Assembly (NCBI RefSeq): GCF_041146345.1
Contig: NW_027191404.1
Location: 1,922,001-1,986,000 of the forward strand
Length of the DNA stretch: 64,000 nucleotides
Direction: 5' to 3'
Source: Neodothiora populina
Lineage: Eukaryota
Both the position numbers and the translations under genes were made by a program. Below are positions 39,814-53,300 of this stretch, one piece after another; the first letter of the stretch is position 1, and each line of letters opens with the position of its first letter. The notes beneath the pieces are model-generated. The model was not told the DNA's origin, searched no databases, and saw nothing but the letters and a program-made list of their open reading frames with translations.

Positions 39814-40709
39814 ATGCCGCCGAAGGAGGGACGAGTAACAGTGGCTCATAGACAGCCCTCCGTGGAAGCGAACCAGTCACAATCGGGTACCCCAGCGCAG
39901 GCGCAACCAGGCCATCGCAATGCTGCCATGTGGACCGATGCAGACGACAGGATTCTGCTCAGTGCCAGAGCCTCGGGCCTCAACTGGCAACCGATCGCCA
40001 CCAGACACTTCCCTAGCAAGTCTGCGAACGCCTGCCGGAAAAGGCACGAGAGACTCATGGAGCGCCGGAGCAACGACGATTGGGACAGCCATAGGCTTGA
40101 GATGCTTGCCACCCAGTACATGGAGTGCAGGAGGGAAATGTGGGGGGTTCTGGCGAGTAGAGTGGGGGAACGGTGGGCTCTGGTGGAAGCAAAGGTAGAC
40201 CAAGCCTGCGTGCAATCTACGATGACGGCGAGCAATACTGACGCTGCCATGTGAAGTGCATGGAGAAGGGATTCAAGAATCTTCAGGCTCTGGCTCGAGC
40301 GGCAGCAAAGAAACGCGTGGCCAGGGACCGCGCACAGCAGCGAGGTAACGAAGAAGAACACCACGAAGGCGATTCCGGTATTGGAGTTTCAGACGAGGAC
40401 GCTGAGATGGAGGTAGGTGTGGACAGCCACGCTGTTGCCGTTGCCGGTCCAAGCCAGCGGACCCTGCAGCCAATCCTTCCAGCAAATCTCAGGCCTGACC
40501 GACCCTTGCTACCTACTTTGCCATTGTACCAGCCTCCCGCGACATTCCAGTCAGGAGGGCCAGACCCCAGCAGACTGCAGACCGACCATTCGGCCCATGA
40601 CCCGTCACAGGGTGGGGAGCAACAGAGTCGCACGCCAGAAGAAGGGGTCCAGCGCGGAGTCAGCATTAGATCGATGCTATCAGGTCCCGAGGGAGGGCCG
40701 GACCCGTAG
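39814..40709 (+). CDS. Myb/SANT-like DNA-binding protein (intron 40195-40256)
   Basis: WTDADDRILLSARASGLNWQPIATRHFPSKSANACRKRHERLM; second repeat-like YMECRREMW..RWALVEAK|CMEKG; C-terminal VSIRSML. Confidence 0.85.
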
Positions 40710-41506
40710 ACTATTGTTCGCATTCTCGAACTGCAGGGATGGGGTGTAGAGCCATCGAGACACGGTTCAGCGCAGTCATGATTTTCTCTTATTGTATCTT
40801 GACGATGTGATGAATATGTACATTATGAAATGAGATGTCTTTGTATCAGTAAGACGAGTTGGACACTCCGCACATGCACCTTACTATGTCTGAGATCACT
40901 TTACATGCACAGCACCAGCTATGTTCTTTGGCGAATATAACAACGAATCTTATGCTTCGTCTCGATGCAACGCAGACAAAGTAATTGAACCAGGTAATCA
41001 ATACTTGTGTAGCCTGACACGAGGCTCAATAGCAAAGATACTCCAGACGGTTTTCCATCATCCGAGAGTCAACCGACGAGGGCCGAAAAGACGTCAGGAC
41101 GCCCCGCCAAGAAGTACAAGGATAGAGCCAGCGACGGACCAGACGAGCTAGAATATTAATGGCTGGCGATGATGTACTGTACAGTACTACTGTCGGTAGT
41201 TCTTGGAGGCTATGACTCTGTGTACATCATACACAGTATCAAAATCGACGGATTCTCTGCTCTGTACATTATTGCGACCACTACTATCTTGTGCGCCCTG
41301 GCGTTGATTTAGTCAACAGCTGCTGCTCTGCGACCGCATTACATTACCGAAGTTGGCCAGCTGAGCTTCGACGAGGCTCGCTGTAGTGGTGCAGTGCAGT
41401 CTTATCATTAGAGTGTGACACATACACACCAACAACTGCGGCAGTGCAAAGGGTTCCAGCAAAGGGGGTGGACTTCCTGTAAGGAAATTGGCAGACTTGA
41501 GACTTG

Positions 41507-43084
41507 ATGCGATACCCATGCTCACCTCTGCGGCTGAGCGCTTCGCATAGGAGAAGCCATCACGCATCTCTTCCATTACTCTCTTGCAATATCGACCTTT
41601 TACCAGGCGGCCAAGCACACGACCGACAAAAGCAACAGCTGCGCAGCTCCAGAAGTGCGGCGCACGTTGCTTGTAGTAGTATTAGTAGTGATACTAACAA
41701 CACAACCACGTATAATCACAACAATCTCAGGCGTCTTGTCGCACGTCGTTCGCGCCACAATTGGTCACAACTTGCCCATCAGGCACGCACTCCTTTGCTC
41801 TCAACCACGATCGCTGCTGCGAACACGACAATAATGTCGTCGACGTCGACTTCTCTGAACCCAGCGCAGGCGCGGGGCCACATGGGCCATTCTCACGGCC
41901 ACGGACATCACCATCACCATCACGACAGCACATTTCTGACTTCTACTGACAAGAATGATCCCGGTGTCAAAATCACCAGAATCGGACTCTATGTCAATCT
42001 GGGCATGGCCATTGCGAAAGCTGCAGGTGGCTATGCCTTTAATTCCCAAGCACTCACTGCCGACGCCGTCCACTCTCTCACCGATCTCATCTCTGACTTT
42101 ACCACACTCGCTACCATTTCTTACTCTATTCGCTCTCCCACCACGAGGTTTCCTCTCGGTTATGGCAAGATTGAATCCTTGGGCGCACTTGGCGTTTCTG
42201 GACTGCTCCTCTCAGGCGGTATCATGATTGGTCTTCAAGCAGTCGTGGCACTCTGTCAGCAATTCTTTCCTGATCTCGCACACATAATGCATGACTTGGG
42301 TCTGTTCGGACACGGACACGGTCACAGCCACTCACACGGCGCCGAGGACTTTGGCCCCAACGTCAACGCCGCATGGCTTGCCGGAGGCAGCATATTGATC
42401 AAAGAGTGGCTGTATCGCGCCACGATGAAAGTAGCCAAGGAGAAGAGAAGTTCCGTGCTGGCCAGCAACGCCTACCACCACCGCGTCGACAGTCTGACTG
42501 CGTTTGTCGCCCTCGCCACCATCTGCGCCAGCCACTTACTCCCCAACGCCGCCTGGTTGGACCCCGTCGGCGGTCTGATCATCTCCGGAATGATCGTGCA
42601 AGCAGGCTACGGAAACACAAAGCTCGCGCTCCTCGAGCTCGCCGACGTCAGTGTCGACGAGGAGATCAGATCCTCAGCCGAAGCCGCCGCGCGACGAGCA
42701 CTGAGCGAATTCGAAGGCGGCGACGGCTCGTTCGGCGACGACGTCGTCGTGCAAGGCATCAAGAGCGGGCAGAACTTCCTCGTCGAAGTCTCGATCAGCA
42801 TCCCTGGGAACTGGACCGTGGACCAGAGCAGAGCCGTCGAGGACAAAGTGCGTCAAGCGATCGGCGACGACGTCAAGGGCGTCAAGAGAGTCAGTGTGCG
42901 CTTTGCGACTATCGAGACTGAAGGAGATGCGTTTGCGAGGGAGTTTGTCACGCCCAAGAAGACGGAAGGAACAGCAGCGGGACAGGAGCATGACGATCAT
43001 GAACACGAGCACGAGCACGAGCATGGACACAGTCATGACTCGACCTCCTCTTCTTCTCAGTCCAACGTCACGAAACGAAAGTAG
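41507..43084 (+). CDS. MMT2: Cation diffusion facilitator, mitochondrial metal transporter Mmt1/Mmt2-like (start may be 41834)
   Basis: HMGHSHGHGHHHHH, ITRIGLYVNLGMAIAK, ADAVHSLTDLISD, FPLGYGKIESLG, SNAYHHRVDSLT and LDPVGGLIIS. Confidence 0.92.
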   Translation: MRYPCSPLRLSASHRRSHHASLPLLSCNIDLLPGGQAHDRQKQQLRSSRSAAHVACSSISSDTNNTTTYNHNNLRRLVARRSRHNWSQLAHQARTPLLSTTIAAANTTIMSSTSTSLNPAQARGHMGHSHGHGHHHHHHDSTFLTSTDKNDPGVKITRIGLYVNLGMAIAKAAGGYAFNSQALTADAVHSLTDLISDFTTLATISYSIRSPTTRFPLGYGKIESLGALGVSGLLLSGGIMIGLQAVVALCQQFFPDLAHIMHDLGLFGHGHGHSHSHGAEDFGPNVNAAWLAGGSILIKEWLYRATMKVAKEKRSSVLASNAYHHRVDSLTAFVALATICASHLLPNAAWLDPVGGLIISGMIVQAGYGNTKLALLELADVSVDEEIRSSAEAAARRALSEFEGGDGSFGDDVVVQGIKSGQNFLVEVSISIPGNWTVDQSRAVEDKVRQAIGDDVKGVKRVSVRFATIETEGDAFAREFVTPKKTEGTAAGQEHDDHEHEHEHEHGHSHDSTSSSSQSNVTKRK

Positions 43085-44412
43085 AGGGAAAAGAAAAGCG
43101 AAAGAAAGCAAAACGGAAACAAAGCAAAGAAATGGACACTCTACAAACCTAGATGATACATCCACGCTTCTCCAGAGAAACCGAGAGGTAAAGCAGAAGA
43201 AGGAAAGAAGCAAGCTCGTCCAGCCTTTGGATCCCTTTTGTCCTTCTACTCGCTTTCGCTATGACGCAGCAGTCGTTTCCTGCATCACGGAAATACCAGT
43301 CATGAGAAGAGCAAGAAACGTTCCGGTTTCCTCAAGAAAACAGAGAGAAAAAGTCCTTCTGTTTGGGGATCCAGAAATGGTATCCAGAAGAGGGGCGGGC
43401 AGTGTCAAGAGCAAAAAGCAGAGATCGAGAGCGCTATGCACGTCAATCTAGAGTCCAGACTGAAAGTATTGTTCAAGAAATGGAAATGGAATGTCAGCCT
43501 TGTGTTCTGCTGACTGTTACTTTGCTCATAGAGCGTAAGTGTTCGTGTGTTTTGTGTATCGAGAGACAATGGTTTGGTACCTAGGTTGGTAAATAGATTC
43601 GGTAGGTTGACTGGACAAGCAGACTAGATACCTTGCTTGGGCAGTAAGCACGCATATACATAGCACAAGATCCAGAAAAAGGCGAAACATGAGACGGAAT
43701 CCTACGTGACTCGCTTAGAGTTTGTTGACTTTTTTGGTTTTGATTTAGTTTCTCTTCAGAAATGGGTTATTTGCTTTTCCCCTTTTGCTAGCTTGCTTGC
43801 TTTATTTTTTCCCATCTAGTCGTTTCAGACGACTGGAATTGTGGGAGTCGTAGGGTTGTTCTGTTTCTCCCGCGCACTTCTTGTCTTTCCTCGTCCTGTT
43901 GGGGCTCCCTCATGGAGAAGAACTGCTGCTACGTCAAAAATGTCTACAATACTTTGTTCCCTGTTCTGTCTGCCTTTGGCGCGTCAAGTCGTGGCGGCTA
44001 TGGATCGCCTCGACGATACGTGAACATCAGTGTCCCAGCGGACTGGCCTCCTCTGACGTGGTCGCGTTCTGGTATGTGTGGTTGGCACACGCCTAGGTCG
44101 CATGCAATGGTCGGTCTGGCCGACTTGTGCATTTTGCCAAGTCTACCTGGATGGGTGTGGCGATGATGGCCTGTCATGGTGCATGCCTTTTCCGACTCTT
44201 TCATTTTTTTTGGCATTGGCTCGTTCCTTCCTAATGCCGCCGATTTCGTCCATATGTGACGGTGGCTTTGGATGGGATTGTTTGAGGAAGACCGTCGTCT
44301 CTTACATCGTCTGGATTACAGTACGCCAGACGGCATGTCGGACGCCCTCTCGAGTATTGTCTTGACAACAATGATTTTGCTTTCATAAGCTGGCTCAATC
44401 GAGACCAAACTC

Positions 44413-45459
44413 TCACGGTGGGTCCTTTTCCATGTCGGTATCGTGAGTTTCGAGCAGAGTGCTCGCGTCGCTTGTCGGCGGTATCTGCTCGAGTTCGTAG
44501 CCTTCGCTCCTCTGAACCAGACTGACGTAGTAATCAACCAGCACCTCGGGCTTGGGTACAATCCGCCATTGAACCTTTTGAAGAAACTCCATCTCCAGCG
44601 TGGCCAGTTCGCCAGTAGTGATACCCCCTATACGTGCGTAGGTTGGGTTCGTCCAGAAGCTGTCGCTCAGGCCTTTAGATGCGACAGTCGCGGCGGTGAT
44701 CAGAAAACGATGGACTGTCAGACTGCTGACGTTGAAAGCTGGGTACATGGCGCAAAGGCGGTCAATGTAATAGACCATTGATAACAAAATGGGAGGTGAG
44801 AGTGTCGCGTGTTGTATCAGACGCTGGAGGTAGTCATGACACGAGATGCCAGGAGGCGCTCTGGAATGAAACCTAGTGAGGCGACCGTTCAGTGGAATGT
44901 GATCGTTGAGTTGAATCAGCTCCAGAAGCATGTTGCTTATGAGGTGACCGAGGTGCTTTGGGTCGCAGGTCTCGTATTTGATGGGCATTATCTTGACATC
45001 TTCTGCGGTACGCGCGCGCTTGGAAGCTGAAGGCGACATGTCGGGATCTTGGGCTGGCGGCGTGGTGGTGGTTGTGGTGGTGGCATCTGCACCAGAAGGT
45101 GCAGCGGAGCTGTGTCCATTGTGCATAGCAGTGTGTTCGTGAAGGTGAGAATCATCAGGAGCTTGCTGAGGATGTGCAGTTTCCCCGAGGGTTGAGGAGG
45201 TCATGGGAGATTCGGCAGGAGCGTCCTTGCGCTTCGCAGGTGCGGTGGGAGGGAGACCTTTTGGGGTATACTGGGTGCCAGCATCGGCGGTCTGTGGCTT
45301 TGGAGAAGGGGTAGGTCTGGAGTATCGAGGCGACTGGATAGGGACGGTGATGGCGGTATGAGATCTGGAAGGCTTCTGGGTAGTAGTGGCGTAGTGGGCC
45401 AAAGGGTGCAAAGCACGGGGAGAGATGGCCGAAGATGGCGAAGATGTCAGAGTTGACAT
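44413..45459 (-). CDS. preg: Pho80/PREG-like cyclin (phosphate-regulatory cyclin)
   Basis: LTRFHSRAPPGISCHDYLQRL, LLSMVYYIDRLC, SSLTVHRFLITAATVASKGLSDSFWTNPTYARIGG and ELATLEMEFL, preceded by the DAGTQY motif. Confidence 0.9.
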   Translation of the reverse strand: MSTLTSSPSSAISPRALHPLAHYATTTQKPSRSHTAITVPIQSPRYSRPTPSPKPQTADAGTQYTPKGLPPTAPAKRKDAPAESPMTSSTLGETAHPQQAPDDSHLHEHTAMHNGHSSAAPSGADATTTTTTTPPAQDPDMSPSASKRARTAEDVKIMPIKYETCDPKHLGHLISNMLLELIQLNDHIPLNGRLTRFHSRAPPGISCHDYLQRLIQHATLSPPILLSMVYYIDRLCAMYPAFNVSSLTVHRFLITAATVASKGLSDSFWTNPTYARIGGITTGELATLEMEFLQKVQWRIVPKPEVLVDYYVSLVQRSEGYELEQIPPTSDASTLLETHDTDMEKDPP

Positions 45460-46775
45460 GTAGGAGTGGTGGCGGCAGCGCTTATAAGTATGCTAGTGCT
45501 CGGTGTAGGTAGCAATCATAAGTATGCTAGTGCTGGGTGCAGGTGATGAGAAGGCAGGGAGAGATTGGTGCGAGCGCTGCGCATAATTATCGTGGATTGT
45601 GCAGCTGAACGGGGCCACGACAAACAGACAGACAGACAGACAGGCAGGCGATGGTGGAAGAACAAGAGTCAAGAGCAGTAACGAGTGAGCTACTAGTAGA
45701 CTTTGATGGTTTTGCTGTCGGTGTTGCTGCACTGAATGGAGATGGTATAGAGGAAACGACGGAAGGGAAGGTGACAAAAGAAATGAGAATTGCCTCTAGA
45801 GGCAGGTGGAACTGGAGATTATGTCGACAAGAATATCAATGGCGAAAGATGTGGCGGTCAGAGTCCAAGCAAAAGTTCACCAAAAGCTCTAGTGCATTTC
45901 TGGCTAGGATGCGCTGGAATCTGCACTTTCTTGTAATTCTATCAGGATCCAGAATAACCCATGGGAGATACAAGTATCTTTATTATCAGTCTACCTATCA
46001 AGTGCGGTAAGTGAGGAGGATGCCTGTCGCCCAAAGGACAGAGCCACGTGCGCCATTGTAGAGTCTGGATTAGATGAATGCCAAGCCATTTCTGCTTCGT
46101 ATCTGGCCACCATCACATCCATGGATGACTCTGATCCAACTTTATTGTGTTGTCTTGCGGTCCAACAGCGGAGTCTCATGTGCTGTACTGCAAATCATGG
46201 CCGAGTCGGCATCGCCCTATCTGATACGTAGTTCAGAATGATAGTGCATCACAAATGGATGCAATCGCAGTCTAGGTTGGCTTGACGTGCGCACCTTGTA
46301 GGGCTGAAACCAAGTATTTGTGCGGCGGGCGGCGGGCTTTTGCTAGCACTCGATTATAATAATGGATGTTGCTGTATGACAACCGCCCCGTGCAAATCAG
46401 ACAAACACGACGCAATGATTCCCCAGATTCGTCTCATCTTGTAAAGTGGTATGCCCGGAGTTATCGTTTATCGGGACAGTAGTACGGAAACTCTACTGTT
46501 CATGTTTCCCGAGCGGCAACAACTTGTGTGCACTTTCCCGTCCTGTACAGATATCTCTGTGTCTCAGTGTGCTCCAGACAGTAATTCGTCTGTAGTTTCC
46601 TGGCGACCCCGATAATCCTTCGGCATCTCACTGTACAGTAGACGCTCGGTCGCAGGACACGATGCGCCATTAGAGCGATAAGATACCCATTGCACTGCGG
46701 CTTCTGGCATACCGCCGTGTGACTGCCATCATCCCTCGTCGGACATAGCAGACGCACTACGAAACATACGACGAC

Positions 46776-49700
46776 ATGGTGCACCCGACATATCTGGTAG
46801 CTCTCCGCGAGCTAAAGACATGTACCGATCCCGAGGAGCAATCAAAGCTGCTGAGACTGCTGAAGAATGACATTGTCGGACATGCTCAGCGCAAAGACCA
46901 GATGGTCAGACATGGTCTGCTCGACCCATTGTCACGCATGCTACACGCTGCTACCACGGCCCCGACCAATGCCTCCTCATGCCACTTGACCAGCCACGAT
47001 GAGATTCGCATGCAAGCGACTCTCATTGTTGGCAGCCTCGCCAATGGTACTTCTGTTCTTACCCACCTGCTTTTGCCAACACCCGCTGACCCAACATCTC
47101 TCCAGCCGGGCCAGCTTTTGTATCTCCCATCCTCGCGACAAACCTGCTCCAATCTCTTCTCCAACCTCTCCGCTCCCCCTACACTCCTGCCAAAATACTC
47201 GTTGCCACGTTAAGAGCTCTGGACAACCTCGTGACTGCCTGGGCTACCTTGGCGTCCACCTTTCCCGTGCATGCCCAACCTCCCTTGCCCGACCTGATAC
47301 TCGACCCTATAACCGCCCACGGCATTCGTTCGATCTTGCGCCTGCATAGTCAAACGCCGTCGCACGCTGCAACCGCTACTTCGAATCAGCAGCTTGCTCT
47401 TGCATCTGACCTCATCACACACTGCTGTCTCCTGACGTCGGCGAGAAACTTGTTGGTCAAGGAAGGCGTACTGGATGCTCTGGCCGACATTCTAGCTTCA
47501 TTTGCTTGGACACATACGGCAACATCAACCCACCCCGCCCCAGCTGCTTTCGACGCCCTCGTCCCCATGGCCAATGTCTTGAGCGCCGTCTCCGCCGTCA
47601 TCGAGGGCTCCCACTACAGGTCACATCGATTGATATATTCGCCAGCGTTGAGGAAGGTTCTCTCGACGCCACAAGAGCGAGGCTTGCACGATGACCTACC
47701 CGGTCCAAACTTCCGTCAGCATCGCAAGCCGAGTGATGCCGTCTCTCTCGCCCATCTTCTCCCGTCAATCGTTGTCCAGAAGTCGACTTTCACCTCTTCC
47801 ACCTTCCCTCCCTTCGCCTTGACCAATTCGCGCTTCCTCGTCGACCAGCCAGACATTGACCCGACCCCGCCTTCGCCTCTTTGCGCCTGGCTCATACACC
47901 TAGCGCGTTCCTCGACGGATCCTTCCTTCCGCCTGGCCGCTCTTCGTGCTCTCGCCCTCGTCAACCTTGCACTCGATGCCGACGCTGCCCCCATAAGGAC
48001 CGACATTATACCCAGGCTCAAGGAGAGGGAGCGTCAGTTGGCCCTGTTAGCCGTCCCTATTGCGGTGAAATTGGTCAAAGACTCTGCCGATGCCTCCGCA
48101 GACCACGGCCGTAACGTCACCGAGCCCACCACAATCAGGAGCGAGGCATGCGCCGTGTTGGCGAAACTAATCAGAAACAATGTTGAGTTGCAGAAAGCTG
48201 CTCACAGCGCACAAGCCCACAAGTACATCATCCAGATACTGCGCAAATCTTTCGATCCTGTTTCCTTGGCCCGTCCCATGTGGTCGCCGCATCTGCATTC
48301 ACTAGATCCTCAGTACGACTCATCACCACTGGCCACTCTTGGTGACGCCGGCCTGCCGCGCGAGGTCGTGGCTGCCATGAGATGTCGAGCCACCGCCTTG
48401 GAAGCCCTTGCGGCAATATCAGAGAGGGAAGACTCGATACGCAAGGATCTCATCGAGGCCGGCGCCGCTACCTACATCATCGACTCTCTGACCCCTTTCC
48501 CTGACTCTGTCCTGTCTGCAGCATCGCCTCCGACCGTCAAAGATGGAAACATCGTGCCCGTTGTCCTTGCCGCGTGTCAAGCAGCCACGGCTATGTCAAG
48601 GTCGGTCGGCAACTTGCGCACCAGTCTGATCGACGCGGGACTGGGGAAGCCAGTCCTCGCACTCCTGACGCATCCGAGCAACGCTGTGCAAATCGCTGCC
48701 ACTGATGTTTCTATCAATCTGGTCCTAGACTTCAGTCCCATGCGGGAGGATCTTATCGCAGCCGGTGTAATACGAATCTTCTGCGCGCATGCCAAAAGAT
48801 CGAGTCCCAAGCTTCGTCAGGCCTCCTTGTGGGGTCTCAAGCATCTGGTGCTGAACGCACCACCGCAGGTGAAGCGTGCCTGTCTCGAGGAGCTTGGCAG
48901 CGGCTGGCTCGTTCAGGTGATCAACGGCGAGCAGACAGAACCAGGTCACTCTCTGGGTCTCAGCTCGCCGAACGCGCAAGGAGAACAGGTTGACCTGCTC
49001 AACGCGCCCGACACAAATGAGATGAACATGGGGACGACGGAGAACGACGAAAGCGACGACGAGGACGTGGAAGTCATGTACGACCAGAACGGCACACCCT
49101 TTCAGTCCAGCGGTATCCGATCCACACTAAAATCAAATAGCCACAAAGCTCGCCTACGCGTGTTTCGCGAACAAGAGTTCAACACCGCCGTGCGAGCCAA
49201 ACAAGACGACATCCTCATCCAAGAGCAAGCCTTGGATTTCGTCCGAAATTTGATCAACGGTGACGACAACATACCGATGATCGACCATCTGGACAGCACC
49301 ATCGGCATAAATCGCGTATTGGACATGCTATACAACAAGCTCAAGCCAGCGTCTGCAGCATCACTCCACGGACCAGCGGCCACGCAGCAACAGCGACAAC
49401 AACAAACAGCACCTCTCCAAACACCAAGCCGATCCACGGCGCCTCCATCATGGCAACCGCAAGAACTCGTACGCGCCGCGCTCGGAGTCCTGATCCACCT
49501 CGCCGCCGGCTCGACCATGGTGCAACAACAAGTCGTGGCCCAGCGGCAGCTCCTGACCGCCTGGCTGCCGCACTTCAACCACCCAGACCGCAACATCCGC
49601 GTCTCGAGCGTCTGGGTCGTCATCAACCTCACGTGGTCGGACACGGCAAACGACCGGGAAGACGCGCGGCGAAGAGCCGCAGAGCTGCGAGATGTGGGCA

Positions 49701-49843
49701 TCGAGGCTCGAGTCAGAGCGCTCGCCACGGACGCGGATCTGGACATCAGAGAACGCGTCAAGACTGCTCTGAGGCAGATTGATGAGCTGATTGAAGGCGG
49801 AAGCAGGGCAGGAGGCGGGAGTGGTCTGGGACACCGACAGTGA
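46776..49843 (+). CDS. VID28: Armadillo-repeat protein ARMC8/Vid28 (GID complex subunit), one intron near 47047-47105
   Basis: LRLLKNDIVGHAQRK, MSRSVGNLRTSLIDAG, NLVLDFSPMREDL, SLWGLKHL, IQEQALDFVRNL, WVVINLTW and DLDIRERVKTAL. Confidence 0.88.
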
Positions 49844-50360
49844 GGGTTTTGTTTCTGTCAGGCTCTGTTGTAGATATCCGAAACGACCTTTCCTTGCGAG
49901 AGAAATGGCACTTGTGCGAGTATGAATAGCATCGTCCAACCGAATGTACAGTAGTTATTTCTGTTCCCGGTCAAACACTGTGTACGAATATCTCGCTTGT
50001 TCGTGATTCTACACTTTCTTCTCGCCCTGTCTCGCCTACCTATCAGCTTATATCTCTATCCTAGCCAGTGCGCTAAGAACAACCCCTCAATTTACTCTAG
50101 GAACAGCACCATTGCCTAAAACAGCATGTTCTGATCCACGGCGTGACTTGATCACACTATACCACTCTCTTCGCACAAGCCCTGGGGGATCCCCCATGTC
50201 GAATGTATTCACGACGAAATGCCAACTGTCAGAACCCTGCTGGCCTGAACTTGAGCATCGCCTTGTATTATCACATCACATCACTCTGCATAAAGGGCTA
50301 AAGTATGAGACGGCGAAATTTGATTCTGTTCGCTTATTAAGGCTGCTTGAAATGGATGGA

Positions 50361-53300
50361 TTATAGGCGTCGGAGTAACATGAGTTTACTGCCTGCTCTG
50401 ACGGTTTCCTGTTGAAGTGCATGATTGGTGTTAGCGAGTTTCTTCTCGAATTCTTTGGAGGTTGACTTGTAAAGACGGAGGGAGTGGGTCGTGACAAACG
50501 TAGAGGGCAAAGAGTGATGAGAGAAATTGAGCAGCTGGTCAGGCAAGGTGATGGAAATAGTGAAAGATGCAAGAACAGGGATGAGGATGAGGAAGAGGGA
50601 GGGGAAGGACTCACGCCGGCGGCCACCAAGATCTTTTCCACTCTGACTGATACTTTGCTTTCGTTACTGTTCTGACCTTGGGCCTCGGTCGACGATGATG
50701 ATGATGACGACGACTTGCCTTGTCGTATGATCTCGTCCATCGGCAGACAGATATTAATCTCCAACTTCATAGCTTCGAGAACCGCGAGGACGGTTTGTTT
50801 GCTTGGTCTTTGACTCGAGGCGTCTTTGTCTCCGTCATCGCCGAGGATCTGGTTCTCGGCGACAAGGAATTTCCATATATTCGCGTCCGTGGGCGCTTCG
50901 ATGGTGATGATGGCTGGGTCAGCGAGCAGAGCGTCGATGGCGTTCTCGTCTGGTTTGGATTTACTCCTCTCCTCGCGCCACAGTCTCAGACTCTCTGCTT
51001 CTGCGTCTGTCGTTTCCTGCTGCGCGATCGCCTGCCGCTTTCGACGCTCCGAGACTGCGGCTTCGGTGTCTTCCAGCAACTTGTTATGCTCGGCCATGTC
51101 GAACACGACGTCTTCGTACTCCCACCCGTAGGCGCCGCGGCTGAAGAGTGCCAGTTTCTCCTCGAGATCTGCCTCGCTGACTTCGTAGTATGTGATCAGA
51201 TCGAAATCTTCGAATAGCCAGGGCTTGGATGGCGAAAAGCCGGATCGCGTGCCCATCATGTCGAAACAGGGTATCGTCCGTCCTGTCATCTGATAGCCAC
51301 CTGGGGAGTCGACAGGATAGAGACTCATGCATGATCCGCCCCATGATACTGTGCCTGCTGGAGTATAGACACGTGACGGATTTTGCTTCGGACACGACAT
51401 GCGATGTAGAGGGTTTACAGGGAGAGAAACGGTGTTGCCGCAGAAGAAACCTACCACCACTGCCATGAACGTACCTGTCAAATAGATTTGTTTCAACTCT
51501 TCGGGGGTAAAGGCGTTGTTGCGAGCTACGAAGCTCAGATTGTCGGGAAGGTAGGGGGCGTGTGGTCGTTGCGTCTCCATGTATCGCTTTATCGCTTCTT
51601 TCTGCTCTTTGGATTCGAAGGCTATAGGGAGGCGAAAACGACGACACGGCACTTTTGCGTCTCTTAGATCACCAAGACGCGTTTCGAGGTTCTGGAGGTG
51701 TGAGATGAGCTGTGGGCGGTCGACTTTGAGCCCATCGTAGAATAGCGTAATAGATGTGCAACAGCCAACAGTGTTGATCAAGCCATCCTTGAGCCATTCG
51801 GGTGCATCAGTCGCATGCAAGACCTTTTCTAGAGCGGTTACACGACAACTATTATCCGGTCAGCTAAGTTCTGCTCTCCTTGAAACTTGATAAAAACAAG
51901 TACCGATGATTGAGATCAAATTGCTCGTTACCGTATTCGACAATGATATAGTCATCACCGCCCTGATCGGTACGTCAGTAACTTCGATATACACAATAAC
52001 ATGACGATGTCTTCTCACTTGTCGATATCGCACTTGAGGCTGGCTTCTTTGAGCAGCTCTTTCCCAAACAATCGACTTCTCAAGCGTAGCGTCGGCCACT
52101 TCGAAATCCGCTTGGATAGGAGTGATATGGCCAGTCTCCCCATCGGTAGCAATCGCCTCCTCAACGAGATCCAGAAACGTCTCAACTCGTCTCCGTAATG
52201 CGAGTGCCGAGTCCAGAGTGACTTTCTTGTATCTAAGCGTATCACCTGCTTTGACCTGGCCCAGTTTCCACCACTCAGCCTTGATAATTACATTGCTCGA
52301 GACGAAGCCACCGAAGTTTGGCGCATCGACAGGGAATATGCATGGGTCGTCACCTGTCCAATTGAGAGCTCCTAAAGGATACCCGTATTCTACCAGATTG
52401 CTGGGGTGTGCGCCGCCCTCCCCACCATCTTTCCTGGAGAATTTGGGCACAGGTCCTACCAACCTTATGCCACTTCGACTTGCGTTGTGCGAGATTTTCC
52501 ACTCGGAATTGTAGATCATATCAATGTCTTCTGGGGTGAAATAACCTTCGTCATGTGGACCAGCCTAGACCATTTTCAGTTCGTCGGTATCTGATTTGGT
52601 CCTCTGGGCAGATCGTACCATTGTCATTATTTTCCAATCGTGGGCATAGGTTGGTCGAAGGGCTTCCTGGAGAGTCGCTGGCTCACGAAGTGCGGCAGGA
52701 ATATGTCCTGTCATCGCAAGAAGGTCACCCGGAGCAAGTGCTCTACCTTGGTAGCCTCCGATACTTACAAGAGGTGAGGTACTCTTTGAGCCAAAGTAGG
52801 TTGGTACTGCAGGCAAGCCGCCGTATATAGCAAGATATGCTCTACATCCGGGGCCCGTGGTCTTACCAATCTTGAGGCTTTGACCCGCTTCGACACAGGT
52901 TCGAGTCCACATTGGAATTGCCTGACCATCAAGTGTATGCTCCATGGTCGCACCTGTCAGTGCAATGACTGCGGGCTGTATGAAACGCAGTTCGGGTCCG
53001 GTCAGCGTGATCTCGAGGCCTTCGGTCCCACGCTTGTTGCCCACAAGCATGTTCGCAAGGCTGAACGCCACTGGATCCATCGGTCCAGCTTGCGGGATGC
53101 CTTTGCCAACTGCCGGGCGGCCTGGTAGATCTTGTACTAATGTGTACGCTCCAGCTGAGATCACGTCGATAGCAGCGGGCTTGAAATCGAAGTCAGTAAG
53201 AAACTTTGTGAGAGTGTGGCCAGCTTTGAACTTTTCGTTCTCAAGAATTGCTGCTAAGAACTCCAGGTTCGTGGGAGGCCCACATATCCGTGAATCGGTT

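Noticed and set aside
50276..50612. Long C-terminal extension of LamA shown in the ORF track
   Set aside because: This is read-through of an intron (GTGAGT near 50614 to CAG near 50409). The spliced last exon gives ETVRAGSKLMLLRRL*, completing the biotinyl domain.
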